A stretch of 64,000 nt of DNA from Takakia lepidozioides (Eukaryota > Plantae > Bryophyta): NCBI GenBank assembly GCA_030704615.1, contig CM060734.1:14136001-14200000 (forward strand), in the 5' to 3' direction. Position numbers and translations under genes: made by a program. The notes under the pieces were generated by a model. That model saw only the letters and a program-made list of their open reading frames with translations. It made no database searches and was not told where the DNA came from. This document shows, in pieces, positions 62,870-64,000 of the stretch (positions within the stretch are counted from its first letter, which is position 1; every line of letters starts with the position of its first letter).

Positions 62870-63600
62870 GGGGGCTGCTATTTCATGAGCCATGAGCCAT
62901 GAGCGGCATGAGCCATGAGCAGAGTCGCAAGTGTGGAAAAAAACATGAGCAGCACTATTTTCCGGAAATGAGTGTCCGCGGGAATAGGGTTTAGGGTGCC
63001 ACGGTCATAGGGGGAAAAGGACCTCCCGATGAAGGAGGTTCGGCAATGTTATTTAGAATTATATATTGAAAGGCAATGTTTCGCGAATGGTAGGGTGGTA
63101 CTGCTCTGTACAATGGGGGCCCATTTCAGCCTACCAGCCACTTGCAAAATCCACCCACACTCCCAATCCCAAACGAAATGAGCAATGATGCATTTTGGGA
63201 ACGATGGACACAGAATAGAATAAAAAGAGGGCACAATGAGGTTTTTATTGATCCACATGAATTGCATTTGAAGCACGTCTACTGTGCTAATTGTGCCATC
63301 AAATCTTGAGCCCTGTGCCTACTGAATCCAAGTCACGTTGTCAATGGGACTTCGACTGCTCTCAGAACTAGCTCATGAGTCATGGGGCTCCTCCATGTAA
63401 AGTCGATTGCAGCCGTTGTACCGCCCCTAGTGATGTTCACCACAATGTCCTGCCCTTCAATCATACCACCATCGAATATGGAAATCTTCACGTTTTCGTC
63501 GTCCACACCAATGCAAATGTCCCCATACAATGGAGAAGAGGAGCGCACTCCTTGAGGAGAATAGGTCTCTCCGATGGAGTCCACCCACGTCCAGTGGCAG
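62870..63600. mobile_element. Terminus of another A-type MULE copy (F), a direct-orientation homologue of 26245-26985
   Basis: Starts GGGGGCTGCTATTTCATGAGCCATGAGCC and stays collinear with 26245-26985 for about 730 bp. Confidence 0.85.
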
Positions 63601-63604
63601 CAGT

Positions 63605-64000
63605 TCGATTCCGATTTTCCCAGCTACGACGGTCACCCATGCAGAAGAAGGCGCACTACTATGCTGTTGCGGTGAACCCAGTTCTGGTTCTGCAGGCACG
63701 ACATTATGACTTGCGTGTATGGAAAGCCCAAGTACGGCATACAAACAATGCCAGAGGCTCCCCCGGTGTGGCCGGTGGAAGCAGGCTGCGATTTGAGTCA
63801 GGTTGAGGCCGACGCCCTTACCGCCGCAGGATTTCGGATGGTGCAGCGCACTGACGTCCCCAGAGAACCATTTCCGCTTCCACAGCCTCCACCACCGACC
63901 CCTGTGAGAGCAAGAACAATGGGACACGACGGCTCTAAGCATCCTACACACCGTTGGGGGAAACCGAAGAGGCGGCGACCTCCCTCAAAAGTGAACGAGA
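63605..64000 (+). pseudogene. C-terminal fragment of a B/D-type MULE transposase (runs off the window)
   Basis: QFWFCRHDIMTCV..PGVWPVEAG..LSQVEADALTAAGFRMVQRTDVP matches 43716-44723; the last 60 bp match the reverse complement of 26190-26245. Confidence 0.75.

Overview
Intron-containing land-plant genomic DNA, probably from a non-seed plant (a PPR E-domain fragment and plant-type MDAR, ATXR7 and GT64 homologues are present). 1-20 kb holds one apparently intact gene (GT64 fused to two GT8-like domains), helicase, ATXR7-like and PPR pseudogene fragments, a rearranged LINE with a 14-bp TSD and a gypsy/Athila-like gag-LTR remnant. 21-64 kb is a nest of at least five related large Mutator-like (MULE) DNA transposons. 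The clearest copy (42829-56315, TSD CACAATAAC) carries two divergent intron-containing genes. One is a GCM-like Zn finger/MULE DDE/SWIM transposase (-). The other is an accessory gene (+) with a ParB/Srx-like DGNHR domain and a beta-class N6A/N4C DNA-methyltransferase-like domain whose motif IV is atypical (DIPD). Each subfamily carries arrays of its own 22-24 bp palindrome (parS-like) upstream of and inside this gene; in two subfamilies these sit in the same homologous intron. One MULE transposase is split by a Ty3/gypsy element encoding a DNMT3-like cytosine methyltransferase and a PHD finger, with an unusual A...B-A-B terminal repeat layout. Most TE genes carry stops or frameshifts. All domain calls come from motifs recognised by eye, not from database searches.
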